64,000 bases of DNA from a bacterium (GTDB lineage: Bacteria; Zhuqueibacterota; Zhuqueibacteria; Residuimicrobiales; Krinioviventaceae): the NCBI GenBank assembly GCA_963693055.1, contig OY843751.1:4096001-4160000 (forward strand), written 5' to 3'. Positions 1 through 10,027 of the stretch are shown in pieces. A model generated the notes under the pieces. That model worked only from the letters and a program-made list of their open reading frames with translations, searched no databases and was not told the DNA's origin. The position numbers were made by a program, and so were the translations under genes. The stretch's first letter is position 1. Every line of letters starts with the position of its first letter.

Positions 1-1143
1 ACCCCGTCCCCAAAAACGGACACGGTTACGGTTGCTTGTTATTATTTTCCCAACTATCATCCCAATGATGCCCGTAACCAAAAGCAAAAAGGTGATGGCT
101 GGTCTGAATGGGAGCTTGTAAAAGCAGCAAAACCCCGTTTTCCAGGACATTTACAGCCCAATGTTCCTCTGTGGGGATATACGGATGAATCCAATCCTGT
201 GCAAATGGCGCAAAAAATCGACGCTGCCGCTTCTCATGGTATTGACGCATTTATTTTTGACTGGTACTGGTTCAATGACGGACCATTTTTAGAATCAGGA
301 TTAGACAAGGGCTTTTTACAGGCGGTAAATAATGATCAGTTAAAATTTGCGCTCATGTGGGCCAATCATGATTGGCTGGATATCCATCCCTATACACGGG
401 GAGAAAAAGCCAAAATCCTCTATCCCGGCAAAATCACCAAAGAGACATTCGAGACCGTATGCAATCATGTTATCGAATCTTATTTCAAGCACCCCTCCTA
501 CTGGAAAATCGATGGCAAACCCTATTTCTCCATCTATGAACTCAACAAATTGATGGAGAGCTTTGGCAGCATTGAGGCCACCCGTGCGGCACTGGATGCA
601 TTCAGGGCCAAAGCGATAAAAGCTGGTCTTTCCGGAATTCATCTCAATGCAGTGGTCTGGGGCCGCTCTATTTTGCCTGGTGAGAAAAAAACTGCTGATC
701 CCGCGGATGTTATAAATCAGCTCGGATTTGACAGCGTCACCTCGTATGTATGGATACATCATGTTCAATTGCCGGACATGCAGACAGATTACTCATATGT
801 ACAGGACGAGTATTTCAAATACTGGACCAAAGCAGATGCCATGTTTAATGTGCCTTATTTCCCCAATGTGACCATGGGCTGGGATTCGAGTCCCCGGGCA
901 AACCAGGAACAACCATACGGCAATTTCGGGTATCCGTTTATGCACACCATATCGGGCAATACGCCCCAACGTTTTGAGCAGGCTTTACATGCAACCCAAA
1001 ACCGCATATTCCAGCAAGACGGGCCCAAAATTATCACAATCAATTGCTGGAACGAATGGACCGAAGGCAGTTATCTTGAACCGGATACCCAAAACGGAAT
1101 GGCGTATCTTGAAGCAATTCAAAAGGTTTTTGAAAATCATTAA
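1..1143 (+). CDS. WbsX-family / GH99-like glycoside hydrolase domain protein (5'-partial)
   Basis: Frame is open from base 1 (TPSPKTDTVTVACYYFPNYH...WSEWELVKAAKPRFPGHLQP...WGYTDE) into the 199..1143 ORF. Motifs 'GIDAFIFDWYW', 'MWANHDW', 'GWDSSPR', 'INCWNEWTEGSYLEPD' are typical of this family. Confidence 0.8.
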   Translation, partial: TPSPKTDTVTVACYYFPNYHPNDARNQKQKGDGWSEWELVKAAKPRFPGHLQPNVPLWGYTDESNPVQMAQKIDAAASHGIDAFIFDWYWFNDGPFLESGLDKGFLQAVNNDQLKFALMWANHDWLDIHPYTRGEKAKILYPGKITKETFETVCNHVIESYFKHPSYWKIDGKPYFSIYELNKLMESFGSIEATRAALDAFRAKAIKAGLSGIHLNAVVWGRSILPGEKKTADPADVINQLGFDSVTSYVWIHHVQLPDMQTDYSYVQDEYFKYWTKADAMFNVPYFPNVTMGWDSSPRANQEQPYGNFGYPFMHTISGNTPQRFEQALHATQNRIFQQDGPKIITINCWNEWTEGSYLEPDTQNGMAYLEAIQKVFENH

Positions 1144-1182
1144 AAATATAAATTCAACATATACTAAAACTGGAGCCAGAAC

Positions 1183-4107
1183 ATGAAGAACAAGGAACGT
1201 CAAAAAATCCACTTAACACTATTTACTTTTGGATTCATCTTAATAACCTGGGCAGCTCTTTTAAGCGCAGCACCAACTGCAAAGGACTATACCACTCTGG
1301 TGGATCCGTTTATCGGTACTCTGGATTATGGAAACACATTTTCAGGGCCCGCCACTCCTTATGGCATGGTACAACTTACTCCCTATATGCATTTTGAAGA
1401 AGAGGATGGTTCCGGTATTCTCAAAGGATTTCAACATACCAGTAACAGCGGAAGCGCAGGCGGTGGAAATCGCGCGCGTGGAGAGATTGTGTTCATGCCC
1501 TTTGTTGTTGATGATGCAAGCAACCTTGCGGACATGAAATTCGAATCGCATTTTTCTCATGATCAGGAATCCGCTTCGCCCGGTTATTACAAAATCATTC
1601 CTGATGCTTATCCCCTGTCTGTGGAATTGACTGCATCTTTTCACTCCGGATTACACAAATACAATTTTGATGAAACCGGTAATGCCGGTGTAGCGCTGAA
1701 ACTCGACAATGGTTCCATTACCATGACCAAAGACGAGATTTCGGGATACGAAATTTCTCCCGCCAATAAAAATAAAGTATATTTTTATGCCAAACTCTCC
1801 AAACCGGCAGACAGTTACGAGTTTATTGAAAATGGAAAAACAGTCAACAACACTACCTCTCTGGAGGGAGAAAAGATTAACGCGCTTTTTAATTTCTCAA
1901 CTCAAGCCGGGGAATCTGTCATGCTCAAGGTGGGTATATCCTACGTGAGTGTTGATGGCGCAAAAAACAATGTTTTACAAGAGATCCCCAATTGGGATTT
2001 TGACCGCATTGTACAGGAAGCAGTTAAATCATGGAACACTGAACTGGGCAAGATTGAGGTCAGCGGTGGCACGGAAACAGACCAGACCATTTTCTATACC
2101 GCGTTTTATCATTCGCTCATTCATCCCAATCTCTACACAGATGTGGATGGAAAATATCATGGCGCGGATGGTAAAGTTTATACTGCAAAAGATTTTACAA
2201 ACTATACCACTTTTTCATTGTGGGACACATTCAGAGCGCTGCATCCGTTGTATACTATTATCAACCAGGAACGCACCTCTGATTTTATCAAATCCTTTTT
2301 GGAACGCTACGACCACCGGGGACGTATGCTGATCATGGATTTCCGTGGTGTTGAGGGTGAATCTGCTCCCATGATTGGATATCACTCAGTATCAGTTCTG
2401 GCAGACGCGTATGTTAAAGGTATTCGTGATTATGATATTACCAAAGCATATAAAGCCATGGTACATCTTGCAAAGAATTCCGGCAGACAGGGTATGGCTC
2501 TTTACCTGAATTACGGTTACATCCCTTCAGACCTGGTAGGGCAATCGGTTTCCAGAACCCTGGAATATTGTTATGACGATTGGTGCGTAACACGTATGGC
2601 AAAAGATTTCAACAATGCAGATTATCAGTATTTCAGCCGTCGCGGACAGTTCTTTAAAAACGTTTTCTCTCAGCAAGTTAATTTTATGCGGGGACGTAAA
2701 AGCAATTTCGAGTTTGTGCCCAACTTTGATCCTATGGAAACCATTAACCACTATACCGAAGCCAATGCTTATCAGTACAGTACATACGTACCTCAGGATG
2801 TTGCTGGGTTGATTAATCTGATGGGTGGCGACAAGGCATTTGAAGCCTGGCTGGACGCCTGCTTTACCACGCAGACCGATTTTTCAAAAATCAATGTTGC
2901 AGATGTTACCGGACTCATTGGTCAGTATGCTCATGGCAATGAACCCAGTCATCATATTTCCTATTTGTACAACTATGTGGGTACTCCCTGGAAAACCCAG
3001 GAAATGACCCGCAAGATCATGGCCACTCTGTACAAAGCTACACCGGATGGAATTGACGGCAACGAAGATTGCGGTCAGATGTCCGCCTGGTACGTAATGA
3101 GCGCTATGGGACTCTATTCCGTCACCCCCGGACAAACATATTATACCATCGGAAGTCCGGCTTTTAACAATATCAAGATCCATTTGGAAAACGGTAAAAC
3201 CTTTGAGATCGTTGCAAATAACAACAGTCCGGAGAATGTATACATCCAGTCCGCGCAGTTGAATGGTAAAAGCTATACAAAAACATTTCTGGAACAAGAG
3301 GATATTATGAACGGCGGTACGCTTGTTTTTGAAATGGCTAATGTTCCCAACAAAACCCGCGGAACAGCCAAAGCAGACCGTCCTTACGCACCTGAACATT
3401 CATTTGTTATTGCAAAAGCACCTGAAATATCATTCCCCAACATTCTGTTCCTGGACCATACCACCATTACCATGGCCCCTGCGGAACCGGGTGCCGAAAT
3501 CCGTTATACATTAGACGGATCAGAACCGAACAAGCTGTCCATGCTTTATACCCAACCCATAACTATCGGGCAGGAAACCCTTTTCAAAACAAAAAGCTTT
3601 GTAGATGGAAAACTTGCCAGCGATACCAAGACCGTGCATTTTAAAACCATTGCAATGCTGGATGCAGTTGCTGTGACCGGAGAGTTACATCCCGGTGTCA
3701 GCTATTTATACAAAGAAGGTGAGATTGCGAGTTGTCGTGATCTGCCCAATCACAAGACCCTGAAAACCGGTGTTTTGGAATATTTTCATGTAAACGAGAT
3801 TCCGGACTCTCGCCAATTCGGATACAATCTTACAGGGTATTTACTCGTTCCGGAAACAGGTGTATACAGTTTTGGATTGGAAGCAAACGACGGTGCGGTA
3901 TTGTACCTGAATGATAAAATCATCATCGACAATGACGGCGGCCACCGCGCGCAGCGATTAGATACCAAGATTGGACTTAAAAAAGGCTGGCACCCCATTC
4001 GGGTAGACTATTTTCAGCAAGGTCTGGCTAAAAGCCTGGATGTCTATTGGCAAGGCCCCGGCATCGAGTACCAGGCACTCTCCCCGGATGTGCTTTTTCA
4101 TAAATAA
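1183..4107 (+). CDS. GH92 alpha-1,2-mannosidase-family protein with C-terminal FN3-associated and PA14 domains
   Basis: Signal peptide; 'VDPFIGT', 'PYGMVQL', 'FSLWDTFRALHPL', 'SVSRTLEYCYDDW', 'GQYAHGNEPSHH', 'GNEDCGQMSAWYV'; 'IRYTLDGSEP' (FN3-associated); 'ANDGAVLYLND..IIDNDGGH' (PA14). Confidence 0.93.
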   Translation: MKNKERQKIHLTLFTFGFILITWAALLSAAPTAKDYTTLVDPFIGTLDYGNTFSGPATPYGMVQLTPYMHFEEEDGSGILKGFQHTSNSGSAGGGNRARGEIVFMPFVVDDASNLADMKFESHFSHDQESASPGYYKIIPDAYPLSVELTASFHSGLHKYNFDETGNAGVALKLDNGSITMTKDEISGYEISPANKNKVYFYAKLSKPADSYEFIENGKTVNNTTSLEGEKINALFNFSTQAGESVMLKVGISYVSVDGAKNNVLQEIPNWDFDRIVQEAVKSWNTELGKIEVSGGTETDQTIFYTAFYHSLIHPNLYTDVDGKYHGADGKVYTAKDFTNYTTFSLWDTFRALHPLYTIINQERTSDFIKSFLERYDHRGRMLIMDFRGVEGESAPMIGYHSVSVLADAYVKGIRDYDITKAYKAMVHLAKNSGRQGMALYLNYGYIPSDLVGQSVSRTLEYCYDDWCVTRMAKDFNNADYQYFSRRGQFFKNVFSQQVNFMRGRKSNFEFVPNFDPMETINHYTEANAYQYSTYVPQDVAGLINLMGGDKAFEAWLDACFTTQTDFSKINVADVTGLIGQYAHGNEPSHHISYLYNYVGTPWKTQEMTRKIMATLYKATPDGIDGNEDCGQMSAWYVMSAMGLYSVTPGQTYYTIGSPAFNNIKIHLENGKTFEIVANNNSPENVYIQSAQLNGKSYTKTFLEQEDIMNGGTLVFEMANVPNKTRGTAKADRPYAPEHSFVIAKAPEISFPNILFLDHTTITMAPAEPGAEIRYTLDGSEPNKLSMLYTQPITIGQETLFKTKSFVDGKLASDTKTVHFKTIAMLDAVAVTGELHPGVSYLYKEGEIASCRDLPNHKTLKTGVLEYFHVNEIPDSRQFGYNLTGYLLVPETGVYSFGLEANDGAVLYLNDKIIIDNDGGHRAQRLDTKIGLKKGWHPIRVDYFQQGLAKSLDVYWQGPGIEYQALSPDVLFHK

Positions 4108-4220
4108 AGAATTACCAGACCAAATCCAGAGTGACCACCACAGGTGGAGTATCGATGGATAAGGTCCTGAGTAAGAACAATTTGCTCGTCGGGTACATGT
4201 GTACCCGGCGGTATTATTAT

Positions 4221-4244
4221 GCAGGACTTGATTCCTGCTTTTTT
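4221..4244 (+). terminator. Probable intrinsic terminator after GH92
   Basis: gcagga-cttgat-tcctgc followed by tttttt. Confidence 0.55.
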
Positions 4245-4352
4245 GTAGGATACATATCCTGAAAGAATATGTATCCCGCCACTAAAGTACCGGGCGATCA
4301 TTACCGGGAATTTCTTTAATCAAGGCAATCCGGTTAATCCTTTAATCAAGGG

Positions 4353-5096
4353 TTATATCACCCAGGACAGAATAAAGCTGACATTTCCCGCCTTGTATTG
4401 ATCCAATCCGAATGTATAGAATAGATTCATTTGAAAATAACGCTGATAATGCCCAAATCCCAGTTGGTATCGTCTGGACTGTTTGTATTGAATATGTGAC
4501 AATATAATATAATCATGGTCCAGGAATCTGTAAACCGTATTGATCGATTCTGAATACTGTTTACGGTAATAACGCAGTGATAGTTGGTTTTGCAGAAAGG
4601 ACATATTTATGGCCTGCCCATCCGGATAAACGGACGCGGATACGCTTGTCCCCAAAACCTGAGCAGGATATCTCATATGCAGTCCCGTTAAATTGGGATA
4701 TATATTATGAATTTTATATTTCTGCAATAGCGAGCGCGCACGCTTTGCGCCCTGCTGTGCAACCAGCCCGGCCATGACCCACCCCATAATATCCCGTTTG
4801 ATAGTTTCAGAATTTCGGTTCATTCGCCACGCAAACAACTCTAGAGGTTCGTAGAAATTCACAGCATTTCCTTTACTGAAACGGGTCAGTTTTATGAGAT
4901 TATACTTTAATCGTCGTTCATCCATATTTACACGAAATCCATTAAACAGGAAATAATTCAACGAATTCGTTTTCTGATAGGAACCCAAAGAATCCAGGAT
5001 GACGTAACGATCATACGATACTGGTTGAGCAGTCAAAATAGAATTAGCGAACAGGAATAGTCTGAGAATCATCCAAATTACAACTAGTTTTTTCAT
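4353..5096 (-). CDS. Hypothetical exported protein (possible beta-rich/outer-membrane C-terminus)
   Basis: ORF 4353..5198; likely start MKKLVVIW at 5096 with a signal-like N-terminus. Aromatic-rich beta-strand-like C-terminal half; no family recognised. Confidence 0.55.
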   Translation of the reverse strand: MKKLVVIWMILRLFLFANSILTAQPVSYDRYVILDSLGSYQKTNSLNYFLFNGFRVNMDERRLKYNLIKLTRFSKGNAVNFYEPLELFAWRMNRNSETIKRDIMGWVMAGLVAQQGAKRARSLLQKYKIHNIYPNLTGLHMRYPAQVLGTSVSASVYPDGQAINMSFLQNQLSLRYYRKQYSESINTVYRFLDHDYIILSHIQYKQSRRYQLGFGHYQRYFQMNLFYTFGLDQYKAGNVSFILSWVI

Positions 5097-5320
5097 AGTT
5101 TTTCCTGGATGAATATATGTATTTTTTAACCCGGGTAAAATAACATCAATAACAGTTAAACGCAGAATCTGTGATTCGGTTCCTGACCTGATCAACAAAC
5201 TGAATTTTCGCTGATTCAGGCACCATTCAATGGGGTAAACAAGAATCTGAATATATTATTAAAACATTCTTGCAATACTTTAAAATTCTTAATATCTTTA
5301 AAAAAATCAGAGAAAAGACC

Positions 5321-6820
5321 ATGAAAACCTCAATATCCAGACGCAGATTTTTATCTGCCAGCGCCTCCACCATTCTATTGCCATATTTAATGAATTGTCA
5401 ATCCACGCATAGTAAACCCAATATCGTCTTTTTAATGGATGATCAACATCGATGGGATGCCCTGGGTTTTGTTGACAGCAAGACAATTACCCCGAATCTA
5501 GACAAATTGGCAAATAATGGAATTTTCTTTGACCAGGCTGTCTGCCAGGCACCCATGTGCACACCCAGCAGAAACTCGATGATGTTCGGGCTTTATCCGA
5601 ACCAGATTGGCGTTTTACGAAATGGAACCGGTATTCCGGACGATAAACTGCCTGCAAAAACACTCCCACAACTGCTCAAAGAAGCGGGTTACCAAACCGC
5701 AGGATTCGGCAAGACACATTGGGGACTGGACTGTTCCACACGTGGATTTGAAACCAGATACATCGCCCAATGCTTTGAATACGATGCAGTCATGATGAAA
5801 GACGATGTTCCGGAAGACAAAAAACTTTACGATGCCGAAAGTATTACCATGGGCGGAGGTGAAGAAAATAATCATGGTTATCTCGGATTTACCAGTGACC
5901 TGCCTGAAGAAAAACATCGTGACGGCTGGGTAACAAAAAAATGTTTAGAGTTTATCGAAACCGGTATTGATCCCAATCGACCTCTGTTTCTTTACCTGTC
6001 TTTTCTCAAACCGCATGCCGGGCACAATGTACCGGAAGGATATGAAGAAAAATACAATCCTGATCAGATCCAATACGCAAAACAGCCTCCCTGGAAGCAG
6101 GACAATTCTCCTCACGCGCTGGGTATCAACAGACGCGATATGTATATCAATTATTGGAGCAAAGCCACAGAAGAACAATGGCGATTGATGACCATGCGCT
6201 ACCGGGCCAATTGCACCTGGATAGATGACATGTTTGGCAGAGCGATAAAAGCACTTGAACAAAAAGGATTATTGAAAAACGCCTTGATTGTTTATTGTTC
6301 AGACCATGGAGAAATGCTGGGTGAACGGTTTTACAGATTTAACAAATATTGTCTTTATGAATCCAGTGTACGGGTACCTGTAATTTTATCAGGATCTGTA
6401 GTGCCTGCGGAATCACACGGCACGAAAGACCATAGACCGGCACAACTATTAGACCTTTACCCAACGCTTTTGAAAACAGCTAAACTGCAAGTTCCCCAAA
6501 CTGCTATGGGGCTGGATTTATTTAGCGATGATAAAAGGACTGCATCGTTCTGCGCACTGCACGAGCGTGAAACTGAAGCTTCTTTTATGTGGCGTACACC
6601 CGCATACAAATTAATACTGGTTATGGACCGTAAAACCGATGCAGGCACATATACTGTATCTGATATCAAAGACGGCGAATTTTATGATCTTGAAAAGGAC
6701 CCGCAAGAATGGAACAACCTGTACAAGGATCCTCTGGCGGCATCCGAAATCCAAAAAATGACCAAAGAACTGTTGTCACAACTCAGCGGATTATCACCTG
6801 TGACACCAAATCCTATTTAG
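5321..6820 (+). CDS. Sulfatase (Cys-type formylglycine), Tat-exported
   Basis: Start MKTSISRRRFL (Tat motif); 'KPNIVFLMDDQHRWD', 'CTPSR' signature, 'GYQTAGFGKTH', 'SDHGEMLGE', 'YDLEKDPQEWNNL'. Confidence 0.93.
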   Translation: MKTSISRRRFLSASASTILLPYLMNCQSTHSKPNIVFLMDDQHRWDALGFVDSKTITPNLDKLANNGIFFDQAVCQAPMCTPSRNSMMFGLYPNQIGVLRNGTGIPDDKLPAKTLPQLLKEAGYQTAGFGKTHWGLDCSTRGFETRYIAQCFEYDAVMMKDDVPEDKKLYDAESITMGGGEENNHGYLGFTSDLPEEKHRDGWVTKKCLEFIETGIDPNRPLFLYLSFLKPHAGHNVPEGYEEKYNPDQIQYAKQPPWKQDNSPHALGINRRDMYINYWSKATEEQWRLMTMRYRANCTWIDDMFGRAIKALEQKGLLKNALIVYCSDHGEMLGERFYRFNKYCLYESSVRVPVILSGSVVPAESHGTKDHRPAQLLDLYPTLLKTAKLQVPQTAMGLDLFSDDKRTASFCALHERETEASFMWRTPAYKLILVMDRKTDAGTYTVSDIKDGEFYDLEKDPQEWNNLYKDPLAASEIQKMTKELLSQLSGLSPVTPNPI

Positions 6821-6860
6821 TCTAAACTACGCCGGGGGATATCCGGATGATCATTATAGA

Positions 6861-6957
6861 TTATTGTCTAAATTAGGATGAAAGGATTTATAGGATTTAA
6901 TTTCCCCATTCAAATCCTGTCATCCTTAAATCCTATAAATCAGAATTCAGACAATAA
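6861..6957. repeat. Palindromic REP/MITE-like intergenic element
   Basis: Outer IR ttattgtctaaatt / aattcagacaataa (13/14 match) enclosing a perfect 16-bp IR gatttataggatttaa (6885-6900) / ttaaatcctataaatc (6926-6941). Lies between convergent genes. Confidence 0.7.
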
Positions 6958-6960
6958 AGA

Positions 6961-8799
6961 TTATTTCAACAAGATCATGCGTTTTGTTTCCGCAAAAGCC
7001 CCACTGGTCAACGTATAATAATAGATCCCACTGGATAAATCTGATGCCTGCCACTGTATATCATGCCAGCCTCCGGCTATTTCATTGTCAATCAAAGATG
7101 CGACACGCCTGCCATTGGTATTAAAAATAACCAGCTTTACCCGCTCCTGACGAGGCAGGTAAAACCGGATTGTTGTTTGAGGATTAAAAGGATTGGGATA
7201 ATTCTGCGCCAACTGGTATTCCGTTGGCAACGCAATCTGTACTGTAATCTCGTCCGTAAATGTATAGCTTCCATCAAGATCGATCTGTTTTAATCGATAC
7301 TGATAAGCAGATACCTGTGTATTTGAATTCATCAATACATCCGTATATTCATATTGTGCATGTTCAGAGAGTGTATTTCCCCCGGAGACAAAATCCAATA
7401 CTTGCCACCCGTCGCCTATGCTTCTTTCGATCTCAAAGCCATAATTACGGCTTTCGCTATAGGTGTCCCATGTCAGGTGAACCGTATTTTCATCAGGAAG
7501 ATAGGTCCCTTCCAGAGTTCCAAATTCCACAGGTGTGGTGGTGTTGAGGTCCGCGTCTCTTACTAATCGAACAAAATTAAATATACGGATTACATCTCCC
7601 TGCGGTCCATGACCGTAAGGATAATCGTTTGGATCCCCGGATTTAAAATCACTGCGTTGTGCTCCTGCACCATGTACATCCTGCAGCAAATAATTCCCAG
7701 AGAAATCCTGCATCCAGCCCAATGCTTCACCAAAACAGACATAAACTGCTTTATCCGGAGATGGGCCATCATAATGCGTCGTAGATGCCCAATAAAAGGG
7801 ATAATTGGCACCACCGCCTTCATCTACAATGACCGGCACATTAAACAGTGGCGAAATAGCAGCCGAGTTGGTGTATGACAAGCTTCGTTCATAATCCACA
7901 ATACTTTGTAATTCTTTGGCGTTGGGCAGACGCCAGTCAGAGTGCCCCAGATAACTTTTACTGTTTTTCTTTTGGGCCCAGGCAAGCGCCTCTTTCCACA
8001 CCATACCCTCGCTGCTGCCTGCCTGGTCCCACATTAATCCCGTTGCAAGATCGGTTATAGTACCATCCTTGTTATCTAAAAAATCGTTGGTACCATAATC
8101 CAATCTGCCCCTTACCACCTTGACCTCAAAATCCTTGTTCACAGGATAGCCCTTAATCCTTCCGTCTACAAAATTAACGCCGAACATGGTCTCATTCCCA
8201 CCCATGGTGGTACCTTTATAAATTGTCAAAGTTGCATACTGTGCATCAATAATCCGTTCATCCTCAATCACCGTACCGCCAAACCGGAAATCAAAGGCAT
8301 CTGTGTCGATATAGGGAATACACTGATCTTCTGTCATCATGGTTTTACCGCTAAACAGGATCAGTGAATAGAGTTCCTTAATCGTGGGTAATCGCCAATC
8401 CGTATAACCTCCAAGTGTACAGGTATCGGCATAGGTTTGGCAAACACTTTGGGGATATTTGCCTTCCGGCAATCCTTTTTGCCACATCAGGCCAGTTATA
8501 TTGTCTGTGACGGTTCCATCGCCATTATCAGTATAAGAGGGCTGATTCCCATTATATTGTGCATCCTGACCATAAAAATCACTCCCGGATGATGGCGCGG
8601 ATATAGCTCCCGAGTTGTTGTAGCATACAGTCTGACCGGTATCTACAATGGGATAGGTGATTGCGCTTTGGGTTGTTGGGGATGTTGCAACCGAAGAATG
8701 TGCAGTGACCACATCCGGGTAAACCCGGGCAAATACACTCACTGCATAGCTCAGCAGCAGGACAGTAAAAAATGTGATGTAAGTGATGTTCCGCTTCAT
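6961..8799 (-). CDS. Secreted DUF1566 (Lcl C-terminal-like) tandem-domain protein with T9SS-type C-terminal sorting domain
   Basis: Two repeats of 'DN.DGT.TD..TGLMW...DWRLP..KEL.S'; signal peptide; C-terminal 'LAQNYPNPFNPQTTIRF...LSSGIYYY...KRMILLK'. Confidence 0.88.
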   Translation of the reverse strand: MKRNITYITFFTVLLLSYAVSVFARVYPDVVTAHSSVATSPTTQSAITYPIVDTGQTVCYNNSGAISAPSSGSDFYGQDAQYNGNQPSYTDNGDGTVTDNITGLMWQKGLPEGKYPQSVCQTYADTCTLGGYTDWRLPTIKELYSLILFSGKTMMTEDQCIPYIDTDAFDFRFGGTVIEDERIIDAQYATLTIYKGTTMGGNETMFGVNFVDGRIKGYPVNKDFEVKVVRGRLDYGTNDFLDNKDGTITDLATGLMWDQAGSSEGMVWKEALAWAQKKNSKSYLGHSDWRLPNAKELQSIVDYERSLSYTNSAAISPLFNVPVIVDEGGGANYPFYWASTTHYDGPSPDKAVYVCFGEALGWMQDFSGNYLLQDVHGAGAQRSDFKSGDPNDYPYGHGPQGDVIRIFNFVRLVRDADLNTTTPVEFGTLEGTYLPDENTVHLTWDTYSESRNYGFEIERSIGDGWQVLDFVSGGNTLSEHAQYEYTDVLMNSNTQVSAYQYRLKQIDLDGSYTFTDEITVQIALPTEYQLAQNYPNPFNPQTTIRFYLPRQERVKLVIFNTNGRRVASLIDNEIAGGWHDIQWQASDLSSGIYYYTLTSGAFAETKRMILLK

Positions 8800-8855
8800 G
8801 ATGTTCTCCTAACATGATGTGATGTTTTCATAATGTTCTCTCGTTCTAGTAATTC

Positions 8856-8882
8856 TGACGCTGCTTTTGAGAAAACCTTGCG
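8856..8882 (-). promoter_or_regulatory. Putative ECF-sigma promoter CGCAAGGTTTT-N11-CGTCA upstream of the DUF1566 gene
   Basis: Identical bipartite motif and spacing recur at 9997..10023; CGTC is a common ECF -10 core. Confidence 0.7.
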
Positions 8883-8901
8883 GTTGGTTGTAAAAAAAAC
8901 A

Positions 8902-8948
8902 ACCTTGATTTAACCTTGATTACCTTGATTACCTTGATTACCTTGATT
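8902..8948. repeat. 9-bp tandem repeat (ACCTTGATT)x5
   Basis: One copy at 8902, then four contiguous copies at 8913-8948. Confidence 0.9.
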
Positions 8949-9094
8949 ATAGGATTGGAGGATAACATTTGGAAAGGAAAATAAAAAAAATCCCCCGAAA
9001 GGATTTGAATTTACCTTTAGGAGGATGGAAATGAAAGCACAACTATCAGCTTTAACGTTTTACATTTCACAGCTACCGTATCACAAAATAAAGC

Positions 9095-9625
9095 TCAAAA
9101 CCGAGGCGGTCGTTGTCCTGCTGCAGGTGGTGCCGGTCTGCCACCTTCCTGCCCCTGTGGCGGATGCATCTGGAAAAATTCGCCCACCAGTTGTCGCAAT
9201 TTGTCAACCTGGTTTGCTTCGCAAAATGTTTTTAATTCCTGAAAATGAGCAAAGGTTAAACGTTCCATTTCAGTCTGCTTGTCACCAATTTGTTCAGATA
9301 ACATTTTAACCAGGGCACTGTCAACCGTATCTTCAAAAACCAAATCCATTAGTTGTTTTTTTAGAGTGCGTATCTCTACATTAATGTTTTGTGCTTTTCT
9401 TGCATGCTGCTGACGAATTCGGTCGAGCTGCTGCATCTGCTGATCAGACAATCCCAATTCGCTTTGCAAAAACCGGGATGTACGCTGTGCGGGTGGTCCC
9501 AGTGGCAAACCCGCAACCGGTTTATTTTTCTGCATATCCCAAATGATATACAGTGTAAATGCGTTCAAAATTACAAGCAGAACAATGACCAGCATGGGCA
9601 TTTTTTGTTTTAAAAAGATATTCAT
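9095..9625 (-). CDS. Spy/CpxP-like periplasmic heavy-metal-sensor family protein
   Basis: N-terminal TM helix; 'ELGLSDQQMQQL' LTxxQ-like motif; helical body; Pro-rich tail; downstream of an ECF sigma/anti-sigma pair. Confidence 0.75.
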   Translation of the reverse strand: MNIFLKQKMPMLVIVLLVILNAFTLYIIWDMQKNKPVAGLPLGPPAQRTSRFLQSELGLSDQQMQQLDRIRQQHARKAQNINVEIRTLKKQLMDLVFEDTVDSALVKMLSEQIGDKQTEMERLTFAHFQELKTFCEANQVDKLRQLVGEFFQMHPPQGQEGGRPAPPAAGQRPPRF

Positions 9626-9637
9626 GGTTTGCCTCTG

Positions 9638-9973
9638 TTAATTCTCAAAAATAAACAGGTTATTAGAAGTGCTGTTCAATGAAAACGTTTTGGCAAATTC
9701 AATTACCATCTGTTCACGCGATACCTCTTGAACGGTTTCAGGGCTGGCAAAATAACTACTAATGGTAAAAATATTGATTGCCGCAATTAAAACCAGTAAA
9801 GCGGGTTTTAAAATCGGCCATATCGTTTGCAGCCCAAACCTTTTATGACCAGGATTATCAATCTCTGCTTTGACCCGGTTGTAAAACCAGGCATCACCCT
9901 CTAGTCTTTCTGATTTCTCAAAACAAGACAGAGTTTTCTCTATTTCCTGCTCTATTTTTTCTTTTTTCTTCAT
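9638..9973 (-). CDS. Putative membrane anti-sigma factor
   Basis: 111 aa with 'FYNRVKA' and a single TM helix, directly after the ECF sigma gene. Confidence 0.65.
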   Translation of the reverse strand: MKKKEKIEQEIEKTLSCFEKSERLEGDAWFYNRVKAEIDNPGHKRFGLQTIWPILKPALLVLIAAINIFTISSYFASPETVQEVSREQMVIEFAKTFSLNSTSNNLFIFEN

Positions 9974-9996
9974 TACAATACTCTCTCTGATATATT

Positions 9997-10023
9997 TGAC
10001 GTTGATAGTTTTAAAACCTTGCG
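9997..10023 (-). promoter_or_regulatory. Putative ECF-sigma promoter CGCAAGGTTTT-N11-CGTCA upstream of the anti-sigma/Spy genes
   Basis: Second copy of the motif at 8856..8882, in the 54-bp gap between the sigma stop and the anti-sigma start. Confidence 0.7.
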
Positions 10024-10027
10024 CTGA

